Below are positions 31,121 through 42,322 of a stretch of 64,000 bases of DNA, piece by piece. This stretch comes from Naegleria gruberi (taxonomy: Eukaryota): NCBI GenBank assembly GCA_000004985.1, contig GG738846.1, one strand, 5' to 3'. The position numbers and the translations under genes are program-made. The notes beneath the pieces were generated by a model. The model searched no databases, had not been told where the DNA came from, and saw only the letters and a program-made list of their open reading frames with translations. The stretch's first letter is position 1, and each line of letters begins with the position of its first letter.

Positions 31121-33703
31121 ATGGAACAATCACTAGGAGGCAATACGAGTAGCTTGTTTTTTATTAGTACGGAGGAAGATTTTGAATTCGAAGAAAAAAT
31201 CGTCAGTAATCCGTACATGCTCAAGACGTGGCTAGCCTATATTAAATACAAACAAACCTTTCAAAGCAATTCTGATCAATACAATAATATTATTAATGTT
31301 ACTTTTGAAAGAGCCTTGTCCTATTTACCAGGAAGTTATAAATTATGGAATATGTATCTTGATGTGAGGATTGTACAATGTGAATCACTTCATCCGATCA
31401 CTAGACTTGATCCTGTGGAACTTAGTGTGGATAAACATGATTTGAAGTTCCATGATGACATCATGAAGGATAAACCAAAACTGATGGAAAAGAATCTTGA
31501 TTTAAAAATTATTGAAGCAGTCAATCAAGTTTTTGAAAAAAGTTTAATCACCATGCATAGAATGCCATTAATATGGTTAAAGTATCTAAAGTTTATTGTC
31601 AGATATCAACCATCAATTACATATGTTAGATCGGTACTTAATCGTGCCCTGCAGGCACTTCCATTAACTCAACATCAAATCATTTGGAAGTTCATATCTA
31701 TGGAGTGGATACTCAACCCACAATCTAAAGTTCCAACAGAAACAGGAAGAAGATTATTGAAAAGATATTTAAGATTGGAACCTTCATTTATCAACAATTA
31801 TGTAGATTACCTGAATAGAAATAACTGCTATACAGAATTATGCGAATTATATATTTATTTCTTGAATTATGCCTCCACACAGGTAGATTCTAAAACTAAC
31901 TCATCATCAGTAGCCTCAAGTGTTATTGTAAATGATGCCATTTGTAAACAAAATGAGGCTCTTGTTTTTGAAAAATCAGCTGTACAATACCTAACAGATC
32001 ACTCTCCACTTCAAATATGGGAGTATTTCTGTGATATTCTTGGAACAAAGGCACTCTCTATTAATATGCCACATTCAAAAATTGAAAATACACTCTTATC
32101 TGGTATTAAGAGATATCCAAGTGAGGTTGGAAAGTTGTGGACTACTCTCGCACAATATTATATTCAATATGGTAAATTTGATATTGCTATGGGAATTTAT
32201 GAAAAAGGAATGGAAAGTGTATCCACAGTTAAGGATTGGAATTTGATATTTGATACATATGCCAAACTCTTTGATGAGCTTATCAAAGTACAAATGAGTG
32301 ATCTTCAGAGCGAAAATCCTGACAAAGCTCTTGAAGCAAAGCTTGAAATATTAATTGCAAAATATGAAGGATTGATGGATAGACGAGCACTACTTCTAAA
32401 TACTGTAAAACTTAAACAAAATCCAAGTCACGTTCATGAATGGCACAACAGAATTAAACTGTTAAAGGCCATCAAAGATCATGAAAGAGTAATTGAAGCT
32501 TATGAGCAAGCTATACAAAATATCAAGTCTGACCAAGCTACTCACGGCAAATTATTTACAATCTGGAACAGTTATGCTAGATTCTTTGAAATGGAACTTA
32601 AATCTATTGAAAAAGCTAGAGAAGTATATGATAGATGTTTGAGTGAAACAACAGACGATAGTACAAACATTTTGTCTGTGGTTGACTTGGAGAGAGTTGT
32701 TACTGATTATGCTGAAATGGAATTGAGAAATAACAATCCACAGCAAGCATTAGCTATTCTATTTAAAGCAACTCATCCAAACGACAAATCAAACACTTTA
32801 TCTTGCCAACGCTCACTACTTGTGTGGAGTTTTTTACTAGATCTTGAAGAGTCAACTACCAAGAATATTAAGAGAATGAAGAAATTCTTCAACGAAATGA
32901 TAGATCTCAAAATTGTTACACCAAATACTGTAATTAATTTTACTAATTTATTGATTGAAAATAAGTATTTTGAAGAAGCATTCAAAATATTCGAGAGAGC
33001 AACCTCACTCTTCCACTACCCACAAGTTTTTCCCATTTGGATGCAATATTTACTTCAGTTTGTAAATAGATACCAACACACCAAATCCGAAAGAAGTAGA
33101 GACATGTTTGAACAAGCCATCAAAAATTTACCATTCTACTCTATCGACAGGGCTGCCCAAGAGTTTGCCTCTGAAAAGAAGTATATTGTGAAAAACCAAC
33201 ACGCTAGAGACTTTTTCTTATTGTATGCCAACTTTGAAGAAAATTATGGAATCAGCTCAAAGGCAATTAATGTATATGATAGAGCAACCAAGTCTGTAAC
33301 TCCAAACTCACAAGAACAATTCCAACTTTATCAATTATACATCACACGTATTACTGAAACTTATGGAGTTGCTAAGGCAAGAGAAGTTATTGATCTTGCA
33401 TTGAATCAATCTGTAGAGATGAATAATGCCAAGGAAGAATCATATGTATTTATTAGAGACTTGGCACTTAAATATGTTTACATGGAACTGAAACTTGGTG
33501 AAGTTGACCGTGCAAGAAGTATTTTTGCTTTTGCGTCCTCTTTCTGCAATCCTGACAATACTGATCATTTTACAAAATTCTGGGATAGATGGCAAAAGTT
33601 TGAAAAATGTTATGGCAATTTAGAAACATTCAAGGAATATCTTAGAGTACGTCGATTTGTCCAGCAACAATATAGCTCTTCAAACACTGCATTCAAAAAA
33701 TAA
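31121..33703 (+). CDS. SYF1: pre-mRNA-splicing factor SYF1 (XAB2), HAT-repeat protein
   Basis: The N-terminal EEDFEFEEKIVSNPYMLKTWLAYIKYKQ matches SYF1. Other matches: YKLWNMYL, MHRMPLIWLKYLKF, ALPLTQHQIIW, NPSHVHEWHNRIKLL, KYFEEAFKIFERATSLF, and a C-terminal LRVRRFVQQQY. Confidence 0.9.
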   Translation: MEQSLGGNTSSLFFISTEEDFEFEEKIVSNPYMLKTWLAYIKYKQTFQSNSDQYNNIINVTFERALSYLPGSYKLWNMYLDVRIVQCESLHPITRLDPVELSVDKHDLKFHDDIMKDKPKLMEKNLDLKIIEAVNQVFEKSLITMHRMPLIWLKYLKFIVRYQPSITYVRSVLNRALQALPLTQHQIIWKFISMEWILNPQSKVPTETGRRLLKRYLRLEPSFINNYVDYLNRNNCYTELCELYIYFLNYASTQVDSKTNSSSVASSVIVNDAICKQNEALVFEKSAVQYLTDHSPLQIWEYFCDILGTKALSINMPHSKIENTLLSGIKRYPSEVGKLWTTLAQYYIQYGKFDIAMGIYEKGMESVSTVKDWNLIFDTYAKLFDELIKVQMSDLQSENPDKALEAKLEILIAKYEGLMDRRALLLNTVKLKQNPSHVHEWHNRIKLLKAIKDHERVIEAYEQAIQNIKSDQATHGKLFTIWNSYARFFEMELKSIEKAREVYDRCLSETTDDSTNILSVVDLERVVTDYAEMELRNNNPQQALAILFKATHPNDKSNTLSCQRSLLVWSFLLDLEESTTKNIKRMKKFFNEMIDLKIVTPNTVINFTNLLIENKYFEEAFKIFERATSLFHYPQVFPIWMQYLLQFVNRYQHTKSERSRDMFEQAIKNLPFYSIDRAAQEFASEKKYIVKNQHARDFFLLYANFEENYGISSKAINVYDRATKSVTPNSQEQFQLYQLYITRITETYGVAKAREVIDLALNQSVEMNNAKEESYVFIRDLALKYVYMELKLGEVDRARSIFAFASSFCNPDNTDHFTKFWDRWQKFEKCYGNLETFKEYLRVRRFVQQQYSSSNTAFKK

Positions 33704-33813
33704 GAGAATAAAATTGGAATAGTATTATAATTTTCAACACAAAACAACGAACAAGTGATTTATGGATAAATCATCATCCAATATTTAATTTAAATAAAAT
33801 TATTTATTAAAAA

Positions 33814-36800
33814 ATGAGTAGCGAAGCATTGTGGAAGGAACTCATCCAACAATTATTCGCTATTGCAAGTGGTGAACAGTTGATTTCCGTGATCAACGTA
33901 CAACATGTTGTTATTGATAAGAAGAGAGGTAAAATTATGGAGGATAGAATTGTTTGCTTGACAACAAAAAAGAAGATGATTACTACCTCTAAAAAGAAGA
34001 AGGGATACACAATTCAAGTTTTAGTTATTAGACGTGATAAAGAAGGAATTTTCCACATTGAAAAATCCTATAAATTGAAGAGATTGGCTAAAATTGAAGG
34101 TTCCGAAGAAGGATCCGATATGGAATTTATTTTACATTTTACAAACCATGTAAAGCCATTCAAAATTATAAGCGATAACGTCGAACAAAAGAACATTTTT
34201 ATTTCTAAATTATTACAAGTCTGTAGAGAAAATTTTGGAACTGAACCAGTATTGGAAAACATTAATCTTGTTGAATTATCGGATTATATTGTAGAGGAAG
34301 AAGAAAATGATGAGGAAAATTTATTTAAAGATGAAATTGGAGATGTCTCTCAAAGAGATTTAGTCACTGAGGAAGAAGAAAAGATTATGAGAAAAGTGTT
34401 GGAACAGTTTAATGAAGATATGAGTGACGCAAAACAAGTATCATCCCAACTCAACCAAAGATTGGCTATTTATGAAAGAGAAAATATTCATGCAATCTTA
34501 CAAAAGCAAGATCAATGGGAAATGATTATTCAACAACTTGACAATACAGAAAATTTACTTGAAGATATGAACGATTGGTTAGAGAAATATAACAAGAAAT
34601 TGATGCTCATGCAAAAAGATATTGTTCAAATTGAATCTGAAAATAACAATATGGAACTTCAAGCCAGAAACTTGAAATGCCTCTCTGATGAACTGGACTC
34701 TTTAATTGTATGTTGTTTCATATTTCAAATATTTACTATTAATGTTGTCTTACTTAGAATACATTGGAATTTGCTGATAGTTATGATAAAAGTATCCAAA
34801 ATGATCCTTTTGATGGTAAATTAAATAAGATTAATGATGCTGTGGAAAAACTGCAATCATCTCTCAATAACAAATTACAAGATGGTATGGACGATATGGT
34901 AGCTGTAAAGTAGGTTTATTTCTCGTTGAAATTTGATAATTATTTTTAGGGAACGTGTAAAATATTTCCAAGAGTTGAGATTCAACTTTGTATATAGATT
35001 CAAAATGTTTATGAAGTCTTACTTTAAAAAACTTGCCTCTCAACTATTAAAACAAAGAGGAAAGAACTACAAATATTCCATAGATCTTAAAACTGTAAAT
35101 TATAATAGTTATCATAGAGATATGATTCAGGTAGGTTGAGTTGTACAATTTCATCTTTTTACCATTCAATAATTAGATCCACAAAGATTGCATTCACAAA
35201 GAATTATTAAAATATTCTATTCTCATGGAATGTGTACATTCCACACAAAATGCTGTAAAAGACCAACAATTATTCGAAGTACTTAAAGCCAAGTGGAAGG
35301 AATCTCAAAAGAGATTTTCACTCACTCTAATGAAGAAGGACAAAATGATGGATAAACCATTAGAAATGTTACAAGGAAAATATACAAAAGCAATGTCTAC
35401 CTTGTATCATAAGGAAATCCATGAATATATTCTCGATGTTAGATCTGTAATCAAGTCCAAAAAAGAAAACAAGGTCAGCAAAACTTTCTTGTTGGGTACA
35501 AAGAGTACACAATTAACAGAAAAAATTGTTAAAGATACAAAGCATACATCACTGAGAAAATCCATCAAAATTCCAAAATCAGTATCAGATTCAATCTCAA
35601 AGGCTACAATGATGGATGATGAATCTACACTAGGTACTGAAATTGATTTTTCAGATGAAGAAGAAGATTTTGATGATGAAATTATTGAATATGTAAAACC
35701 TCAACAGTCTGATATTTCATCCAGAGTTGACACTCTTTATGCTTACTGCTTGAACACTATTTGTAGCACAATGTTCCAAGAACAACAACATATTTCTAAA
35801 TTATTCTTAATGGATACCAGTTTGGAGGAAGTTCCATTTGTAACATTTGATGAACAGTACGAAAGTGAAGATGAAACTCAGAGCACAGAAGGAGATCAGA
35901 AAAAATCTCTTGATATTGTACCAGGAGCAGCAGAAACTAGTCAAAACTCTCTAAAATCAGAGGTTTATGTAATGATGGAAAAGATGTTCAAGGAAACCAA
36001 TGAAAGTATGGCAAAGATTACCAAATATGTTGAGTCTAATACTGACAAATTTTATTCTCTTTCTATGAGTTTAGCTGCTGAAAGACAATTCAGATACTAT
36101 AACGGAAAAAGTGTTTACATTTCAGAATATATTTTATATGTCAAGACACTCATTCAGCAGATTATCCACAAGTTTATTTCAAAACAAATAGAATCTATTG
36201 AGGAATATAAGTGCACCATCAAAAAGACACATGTGGTTCCTTATATTGCCAAGTTTTCCTACTTTAACGATAGATTTGAAAGTATCATGATGAACTTTTC
36301 AGATATGAGTACTGCTAGATCAAGTGCCACGACTGATTATTTAAAGATTATCAAAGCTATGTTTGATTCTTTGGAGAAACTTGCCAATACCAATGAAAAG
36401 CATGCTTCTGCATTTAGAATGAAGAACTACTCATATTTCTATCACTCCTTACTGAAGAGACCAAACTTGTGTCAAAATGAGTTGCTTGCAAAACAAGCTG
36501 ATATTGCCAAGAAGAGATTCGAAGATGCTTGCAGATTCTATATCCTCTGGATGATTAACTTTAGATTTGAGCAATTATTCCAATTTATTGATGGTTTGGA
36601 AGATTGTATTAAAACCACATCAAAGGAAGACATTATTTATCAAACTCAATTCTCCAAGTCTAAAGTTAAGGAATTAATCAAAAAGTATGATCAAACTGTT
36701 CTCCAAAAAGGAATTACGGACCTAATGAAACGTACGGATAAACATATTGGACAAAAGAATGTGGATGAGTCTACCTACAAAATTCCAAAAGCCATTGAGG

Positions 36801-36970
36801 AAAGAGGACCAAAAGCTCTTCACAAAGAAGTCTGGTCCAGATTGAGAAAATTCTTCACAACAAAATATGAAAGGTTTGAATCAATCATTACAGAAAGCTA
36901 TCCAACATGCAAACCAACTAGTTCAAAGGAAGTGGAAGCAATATTTGATTCTTTGAATATTAAAGATTAA
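33814..36970 (+). CDS. SEC3: exocyst complex component Sec3 (EXOC1)-like. Four exons: 33814..34707, 34758..~34904, ~34950..35130, 35177..36970 (the exon 2/3 junction is ambiguous)
   Basis: The N-terminal PH-like region matches the EXOC1 pattern (LISVINVQHVV, basic patch KKKMITTSKKKKG, MEFILHFTNHVKPFKIISDNVEQKNIFISKLLQ, NLVELSDYIVEEEE). The introns found were GTATGT(34708)...TTAG(34757), GTAGGT(35131)...AATTAG(35176), plus one between 34899 and 34949. The downstream exons stay in frame and have coiled-coil content. Confidence 0.65.
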
Positions 36971-37039
36971 ATAGATGTCATCAACATCTTTTTTCATCTT
37001 TTTTTCTTTTGTATTGGTGGCAATAATGGGAAAATAAAA

Positions 37040-37128
37040 AGGCGACTGAGGGAATTGAACCCTCGACCCTCAGTTATCTCAGCATTTCTGCCTACAAGAC
37101 TGATGCACTACCACTGTGCTAAGCCGCC
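37040..37128 (-). tRNA. tRNA-Thr(UGU) with a 17-nt intron (37076-37092) between positions 37 and 38
   Basis: Hand-folded: acceptor GGCGGCU/AGUCGCC (one G.U pair), D-arm GCAC-AGUGGUA-GUGC, anticodon stem UCAGU/ACUGA, loop CUUGUA|intron|A, variable loop GGGUC, T-arm GAGGG-UUCAAUU-CCCUC. A T-run lies downstream (plus-strand aaaataaaaa at 37031-37040). The anticodon loop CUUGUAA equals the eukaryotic tRNA-Thr-UGU loop. Confidence 0.7.
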
Positions 37129-37246
37129 CTCACAATGAGCAACATATGACAAAATTTCGAAAAAATTCTAATTTAAACATTTCATGTCCACAATGCTGTT
37201 CAGGTAAAAAATTTTAGAATAAACCCACTAAATTTTTTATTTACAT

Positions 37247-40174
37247 CTATGCTTCTTCAAAAGTGATTTCATCATTGTAAGGAGAAACCGAAGAAACTCT
37301 AACAAATACTAAATTTCCAGCAGCCCTATTTTGAGCTGACTTGACACTAGTCTTAAAAGCTGATTCCATAAGATAAAGCTCTGATGTGTAAGGAAGTTCA
37401 TTAGGATCCAAACTTGTAACAGAGTTCTTTCTAGTTTCTAATACAAGTGCCTTGTACTTATTAAGATTTGATGATTTGGTAAGATTTTGTTCAAAATACT
37501 TCAATAACCAAAAACGTTCACTCTTCTTTTGCAAACTATTGATAGCTCTAGTTGTTGGTTCAATAGCAAAGATCATTTCTTGAATTTCATCCCAGGTAAA
37601 TGGTTGTTTTTCTCCTCTCATTTGAGCCTTGAGTTGATAGTGAACCATCAAGTCGCTGTATCTTCTGATTGGAGATGTGACTTGAACATAGTTTGCACTA
37701 CCAATGCCTTGGTGGAATTTTGGTGATTGATTAATGCAAACACCTGCAATAGGGTAGAATTTCTTGTTAGAATCAACAACCAATTCACAAACATCCTTTT
37801 CAGGCAAGTTAGTACGAAGAGAAAGAATCTTTTGCATTTCTTCATTGGAAAGAAGAGGTGGAAGATCAGTAGTAACAGTTCTAGTACCTCTATAAGGAAC
37901 AGCAATATCATGTTGATGAGCATAGAATCCTCCAATTTCGTTGGCAGCAATCATAAATTCTTGTACCAATCTTCTAGAAGGACTCACAAGTTCCTCAAAT
38001 GTTGTGGAAACTTCAATATTCTTCTCAGAGTCGCTGACATAAACCTTTGGTCTTGGTGTCAAAGTTGGTGGAGTTGCACCTTTACCCATTCTAAAGGCAA
38101 AACGTAAATTAGCAACTTTAACCATATGTTCGAAAGCTTGTTGAACTTCAGGTTCAGCTTGGACAGTATTTTCAATAATGTTGTCAGCCATAGAGTAATC
38201 TACCTTCTTGACCTTTCCGAGTATTGCTGGAAAGACATCCCATTCAGATAGAGAACCATCACTATTAATCTTTGAAGAGAAGGTTAATGAAAAGTTTTCC
38301 TTCAAATCAGAAAGACTGAGAATGTTTGCACTCAGATCAGCAGCAATCATACTGAACTTAATGTCAGGCAGGTAAACACTGGATACTCTTTTTTGAGCTT
38401 CCTTATCGATGCTTGAGCCTTGATCAATGTATCTGGTAACATCAGCAATGTGAACATATATGTAGTATTCACCATTCTTAACTTCAATACTGACTCCATC
38501 ATCAACTTCTGTAGTCTTTGGATATTCGTCAATTGTAAATACAGTCAGGTGTCTCAAGTCTTTTCTGATTTTGCTGTCTGGATCTGATGCAGACATTATA
38601 GAATTCCTAGCTTCTTCCACAATTTGCTTAAATTTGTCCTCTTCTTTCATGTGGCACATATCTTCTTCCATTGACCTCAATAAGTGAATGTTTTGTGTTT
38701 TGAATAGTTTCAAATCTCTTGCAACTCTGAATGCCTGCAAGTGATCATCAGCACCTAGAGGTTTGAAAAATGCTTCATAAATCCTCTTTCTACTTTCAAG
38801 ATTAGAGTACATTCCCAGCGCATATTGTCTGAATACTCCTAGCCTCTCTGCGTCCTTTTGTTCATCGAGTTCTAAGTTATCCCTAGTTATTTCAATATCA
38901 GGTCGCATAGCTTTAATCTCCTTCATTATATTATTTCTTAATTGTTTGTAAAATAGACTCCTCTCTTCATTTGTTACCAAGAGACGATTCGTTATCTTGA
39001 GTAAGAAGAGCTTATCTAGAAGAATGTTTTCCTTTTCCTCGGATCCCATATGTTTCAATTCTTCGACTTCTCTAAGGGATCTGCATTCAAAATTGAGATT
39101 GGATGTATGTTTAAAGTAGAGTGGGTTTTTGTACAAGAATCTGTAGGCAGAGTAGAGGGCAGTAGCATCTGTAGATTGGAATAGGTGTTCTGAAGCTTCC
39201 TTGATAGTTATTTTGACATTCTTTCGTTGTAAAAATGATCTCCACATCTTGTCACAATCCTCAGTTGTAAGGTTTGAAATCATATTGGCACTATCAATTT
39301 GCATTTGCTTGGCATCATCAATGTTGAATCTTTTGTCATTACTCTCATTCGAAAATTGATAGGTTAATTGATTGGAATTTACAACCTTGTTCATACCATG
39401 TATGTCAACGATCAACCACTTGTTGTTATTTTCATCCTGTGACTCTGGTCCTGTTATTATTGCCAACTTTCTTTCAAACTCGTCATCATATTCAACTATA
39501 ATACTTTGAGGTGTTCGTGATTCTTGACTAAAAGCTCGAGACAAGTTGATAGAACCAGGTGAAGCAAATGTATTCAAGTTAGTGTGGAATGCTCTCTTCC
39601 CATATTGATTAGCTTCTCTTTGTATCTTATTCTTGTTAGGTGAAGGTGGTCCTGATGTGGTAGTTGTGGTTGTTGATTTTCTATAGATACGAGAGCCAAT
39701 ATATTGGATCTTTTTCTTAGTTTCATTTGGTGTGGAAGCGGAGGTGGATGGTATTATTTCATCTGTTACTGATGAAGAAGTGGCAGCAATATATTCTGGA
39801 TATGGTTCTTGTTGGAGGAAGAAAGCTTCTTCATCAAAGTATGGATTAACAGCATTAGGTTGATGATGATATTGTTGATAACGTTGTTTAGAATGACCTT
39901 GGTAGTATGTAATGTTGTGATAGTGATAATTCTGAGCAAATGCATCACTATTTGATGTGGTAGTTGTTGTGGTCTTTTTGATGATGGAAGGATTTAAATG
40001 ATGATTATAGGAAGTTGTTGGTTGGGTTGTGTTGGAGGAAGATCCTCCAAAGTTTTCACTGTAGAATTTGTTAACCACAGGTGGAGCATTTGGGAGAGCA
40101 TTTACATTGTTGAGGATGGATATGGATTGGGAGAGACCTCCTGTATACTTCTTGAATGAGGTGTTCTTTGACAT
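37247..40174 (-). CDS. RNB-domain (RNase II/R family) 3'-5' exoribonuclease, Dis3L2/Dss1-like
   Basis: RNB motifs are present (FTIDEYPKTTEVDDGVSIE, YIYVHIADVTRYI, YVQVTSPIRRYSDLMVHYQL). The N-terminus is T-rich and low-complexity. Confidence 0.78.
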   Translation of the reverse strand: MSKNTSFKKYTGGLSQSISILNNVNALPNAPPVVNKFYSENFGGSSSNTTQPTTSYNHHLNPSIIKKTTTTTTSNSDAFAQNYHYHNITYYQGHSKQRYQQYHHQPNAVNPYFDEEAFFLQQEPYPEYIAATSSSVTDEIIPSTSASTPNETKKKIQYIGSRIYRKSTTTTTTSGPPSPNKNKIQREANQYGKRAFHTNLNTFASPGSINLSRAFSQESRTPQSIIVEYDDEFERKLAIITGPESQDENNNKWLIVDIHGMNKVVNSNQLTYQFSNESNDKRFNIDDAKQMQIDSANMISNLTTEDCDKMWRSFLQRKNVKITIKEASEHLFQSTDATALYSAYRFLYKNPLYFKHTSNLNFECRSLREVEELKHMGSEEKENILLDKLFLLKITNRLLVTNEERSLFYKQLRNNIMKEIKAMRPDIEITRDNLELDEQKDAERLGVFRQYALGMYSNLESRKRIYEAFFKPLGADDHLQAFRVARDLKLFKTQNIHLLRSMEEDMCHMKEEDKFKQIVEEARNSIMSASDPDSKIRKDLRHLTVFTIDEYPKTTEVDDGVSIEVKNGEYYIYVHIADVTRYIDQGSSIDKEAQKRVSSVYLPDIKFSMIAADLSANILSLSDLKENFSLTFSSKINSDGSLSEWDVFPAILGKVKKVDYSMADNIIENTVQAEPEVQQAFEHMVKVANLRFAFRMGKGATPPTLTPRPKVYVSDSEKNIEVSTTFEELVSPSRRLVQEFMIAANEIGGFYAHQHDIAVPYRGTRTVTTDLPPLLSNEEMQKILSLRTNLPEKDVCELVVDSNKKFYPIAGVCINQSPKFHQGIGSANYVQVTSPIRRYSDLMVHYQLKAQMRGEKQPFTWDEIQEMIFAIEPTTRAINSLQKKSERFWLLKYFEQNLTKSSNLNKYKALVLETRKNSVTSLDPNELPYTSELYLMESAFKTSVKSAQNRAAGNLVFVRVSSVSPYNDEITFEEA

Positions 40175-40802
40175 TTTCTTTGTTTTATATTAATATATTT
40201 CTAATATGATGATGGAATAAATTATTATTAGGATGATGAGAAGCAAATAGTCCGCAAGCTAAAGTCCTTTCAAAATATCCTCTTCTAATAGAATGAATTT
40301 TCTAGAAAGTAACAATAATAGTCTTACCAACTCTCTCAGGTGAATGTGATACAAGATGAAAGCCGTTACGAATTTCTTCAAAATTGCCTTCTTGTTACGG
40401 TTTGCTGCAGAACACGCGCAGTAATTGTTTCAGCTCAAAAAATTATTTGAGGAAAAATTCGGTTAGTCTTTTATTTTTTTTCAAAACTCTATTGAATATT
40501 TTTTATCCTTCTTTGTTTGGCTTGTGATAATAATTCTATTCGCAGTCAATGATTTACAATTTTTTCGAAGGTGAGGAAACAAGATTAATAATGATATTGA
40601 GGCTTGTGTGAGAGAAAGTAAAAATAAACAATCCTGTTTTTTGATTTATTTAATAGAAAATGAGGCACAGCCTCATTTTCTATTCAAAATAACTGTTCAC
40701 TATTAAAAACACTAGAAAAGGAACGGAAAATTATGAAAAATTTTTTGTAATCAATAAATTTTTAAAAAAAATACGTTCACATCAAACTGTTGAGTATATC
40801 AC

Positions 40803-41483
40803 TCATTCTATTACCACAGGCCTTTTCCTGTTACCAACGGTAAGTTGTTGTTGGCTCTCACTTTCTGACTCACTTTCTGTCAAACTCTCTTCATCACTCT
40901 CTAAACAGACACTGTAATCATCTACGTCACTATCTGGAAGATAGCTATGTCATGAGATAAGAAGTTGTATTTTGATGGATCAAAATCTTCTTTGGAATAC
41001 TCTTCGTCCAATAGTTTGCATATTCTATGATTGTGATGATTGTGTCCTTCCTATCACAAAATAAGCAATGGTTAGGTTCTCTCCTGAATTAGTTCAATCT
41101 CTCTACTTTTTAATGTGCTTGCCAATGCCTGTGTGTATCACATGATGGCAAATTTGCAATATTTACGAATATTTCATTGGTTGTAAAATTGCGTCAAGTG
41201 CTTCTCTATGTGGTGATCTGATGTATGATTGTCATTAATCAGAAGTTGCACTCTTTCACTTTGCTTGCAGAATATCAGTGGAAGACACACGACGTACCTG
41301 AATCCATCTTCTCTCTGGTAGTGTTCGGCTTATATTTCGTCATTAACACAGAGCCGTAACTCTGGAAAGTGTGATTGAATAAACAATGTTTATTTTGCAA
41401 AATGTTTACTCTTGGCTTGTCTTGAATTTCACTTACCTCCACAACAAGGACAAAAGTATTGTACTTTGGTTTTGGTTTGCCAT
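40803..41483 (-). CDS. cryptic intron-rich gene absent from the ORF track. Exon 1 is 41483..41437 (MANQNQSTILLSLLW), exon 2 is 41359..41298 (SYGSVLMTKYKPNTTREKMDS), and an acidic S/E-rich terminal exon ends at the TGA at 40803
   Basis: The ATG sits in an AACATGG context. The donors GTAAGT (41436) and GTACGT (41297) and the acceptor CTTTCCAGAG are consistent with the local intron style. The terminal frame ...YLPDSDVDDYSVCLESDEESLTESESESESQQQLTVGNRKRPVVIE* is open. The middle exons are unresolved. Confidence 0.35.
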
Positions 41484-41899
41484 GTTATTTTCAAATGATT
41501 AGTCCAAGATTCGAACACTGACCTGGCTGTCAATTATCGGATTCACTAACCGTTACGCTACTGTTACATTTAAAAAATTAGTCAACTTTGAGCGAGTATT
41601 TATAGATTGACATGTCAATCCGGAATATTTTTAATAGGATTGTGTATTTTAATTTTCTCACTGGCTCAATCAATTTAGATGCCTTAACTAAACGAAACTA
41701 ACACCAACCAAAGTTGAATATTTAAGTCAGTTCAAAGCACTGAGAAGGTTTATTCAACAACAGGAATAACAACAATATTTGTTAACCTGTATTCAGTAAA
41801 ATAATAAGAGAAGAATGAAAATTTAATCACAAAAAACAAAGAATAAAGGATATTAAAAGTAATGCTGACGACTTGATAAAGATGAGACATGCAAAAGGC

Positions 41900-41973
41900 T
41901 ACAGCGAGCGGGGCTTGAACCCGCGACCTTAAGCGTGTTAGGCTTACGATCTAACCAACTGATCTATCGCTGC
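41900..41973 (-). tRNA. tRNA-Val(AAC)
   Basis: Fold: acceptor GCAGCGA/UCGCUGU, D-arm GAUC-AGUUGGUUA-GAUC, anticodon arm UAAGC-CUAACAC-GCUUA (anticodon AAC), T-arm GCGGG-UUCAAGC-CCCGC. A T-run follows the 3' end. The GCCUAACACGC element is typical of eukaryotic tRNA-Val-AAC. Confidence 0.85.
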
Positions 41974-42322
41974 TACAGTATTAAGGATTTGAGGTATTTC
42001 TTAATCTTTTCAAAACATGGAAAACGAAGCGAATTTTTGAAGCGTTTCTATCTATCAAAACTGTCGAACCATAATTCTGAGTTATCTTATTCAGACTGGT
42101 GTATTAGATGAATAAGGGTCTGAGAAAACAGCAATTCGATGTGATGTTGTTGGTTTTCAGCTAGTTGTATTTTTTGATTAGTTAGCTAAAAAGATGAGTT
42201 TTTATGAGTTCTAACACAATTTCATCAATTCTATCATTCAATTACTAATTTAGTCAAAATACAATTGAAAGGTGAATCTCACTAATATTCGTATTTTGAG
42301 TTGACAAAAAAAAATAAACAAA

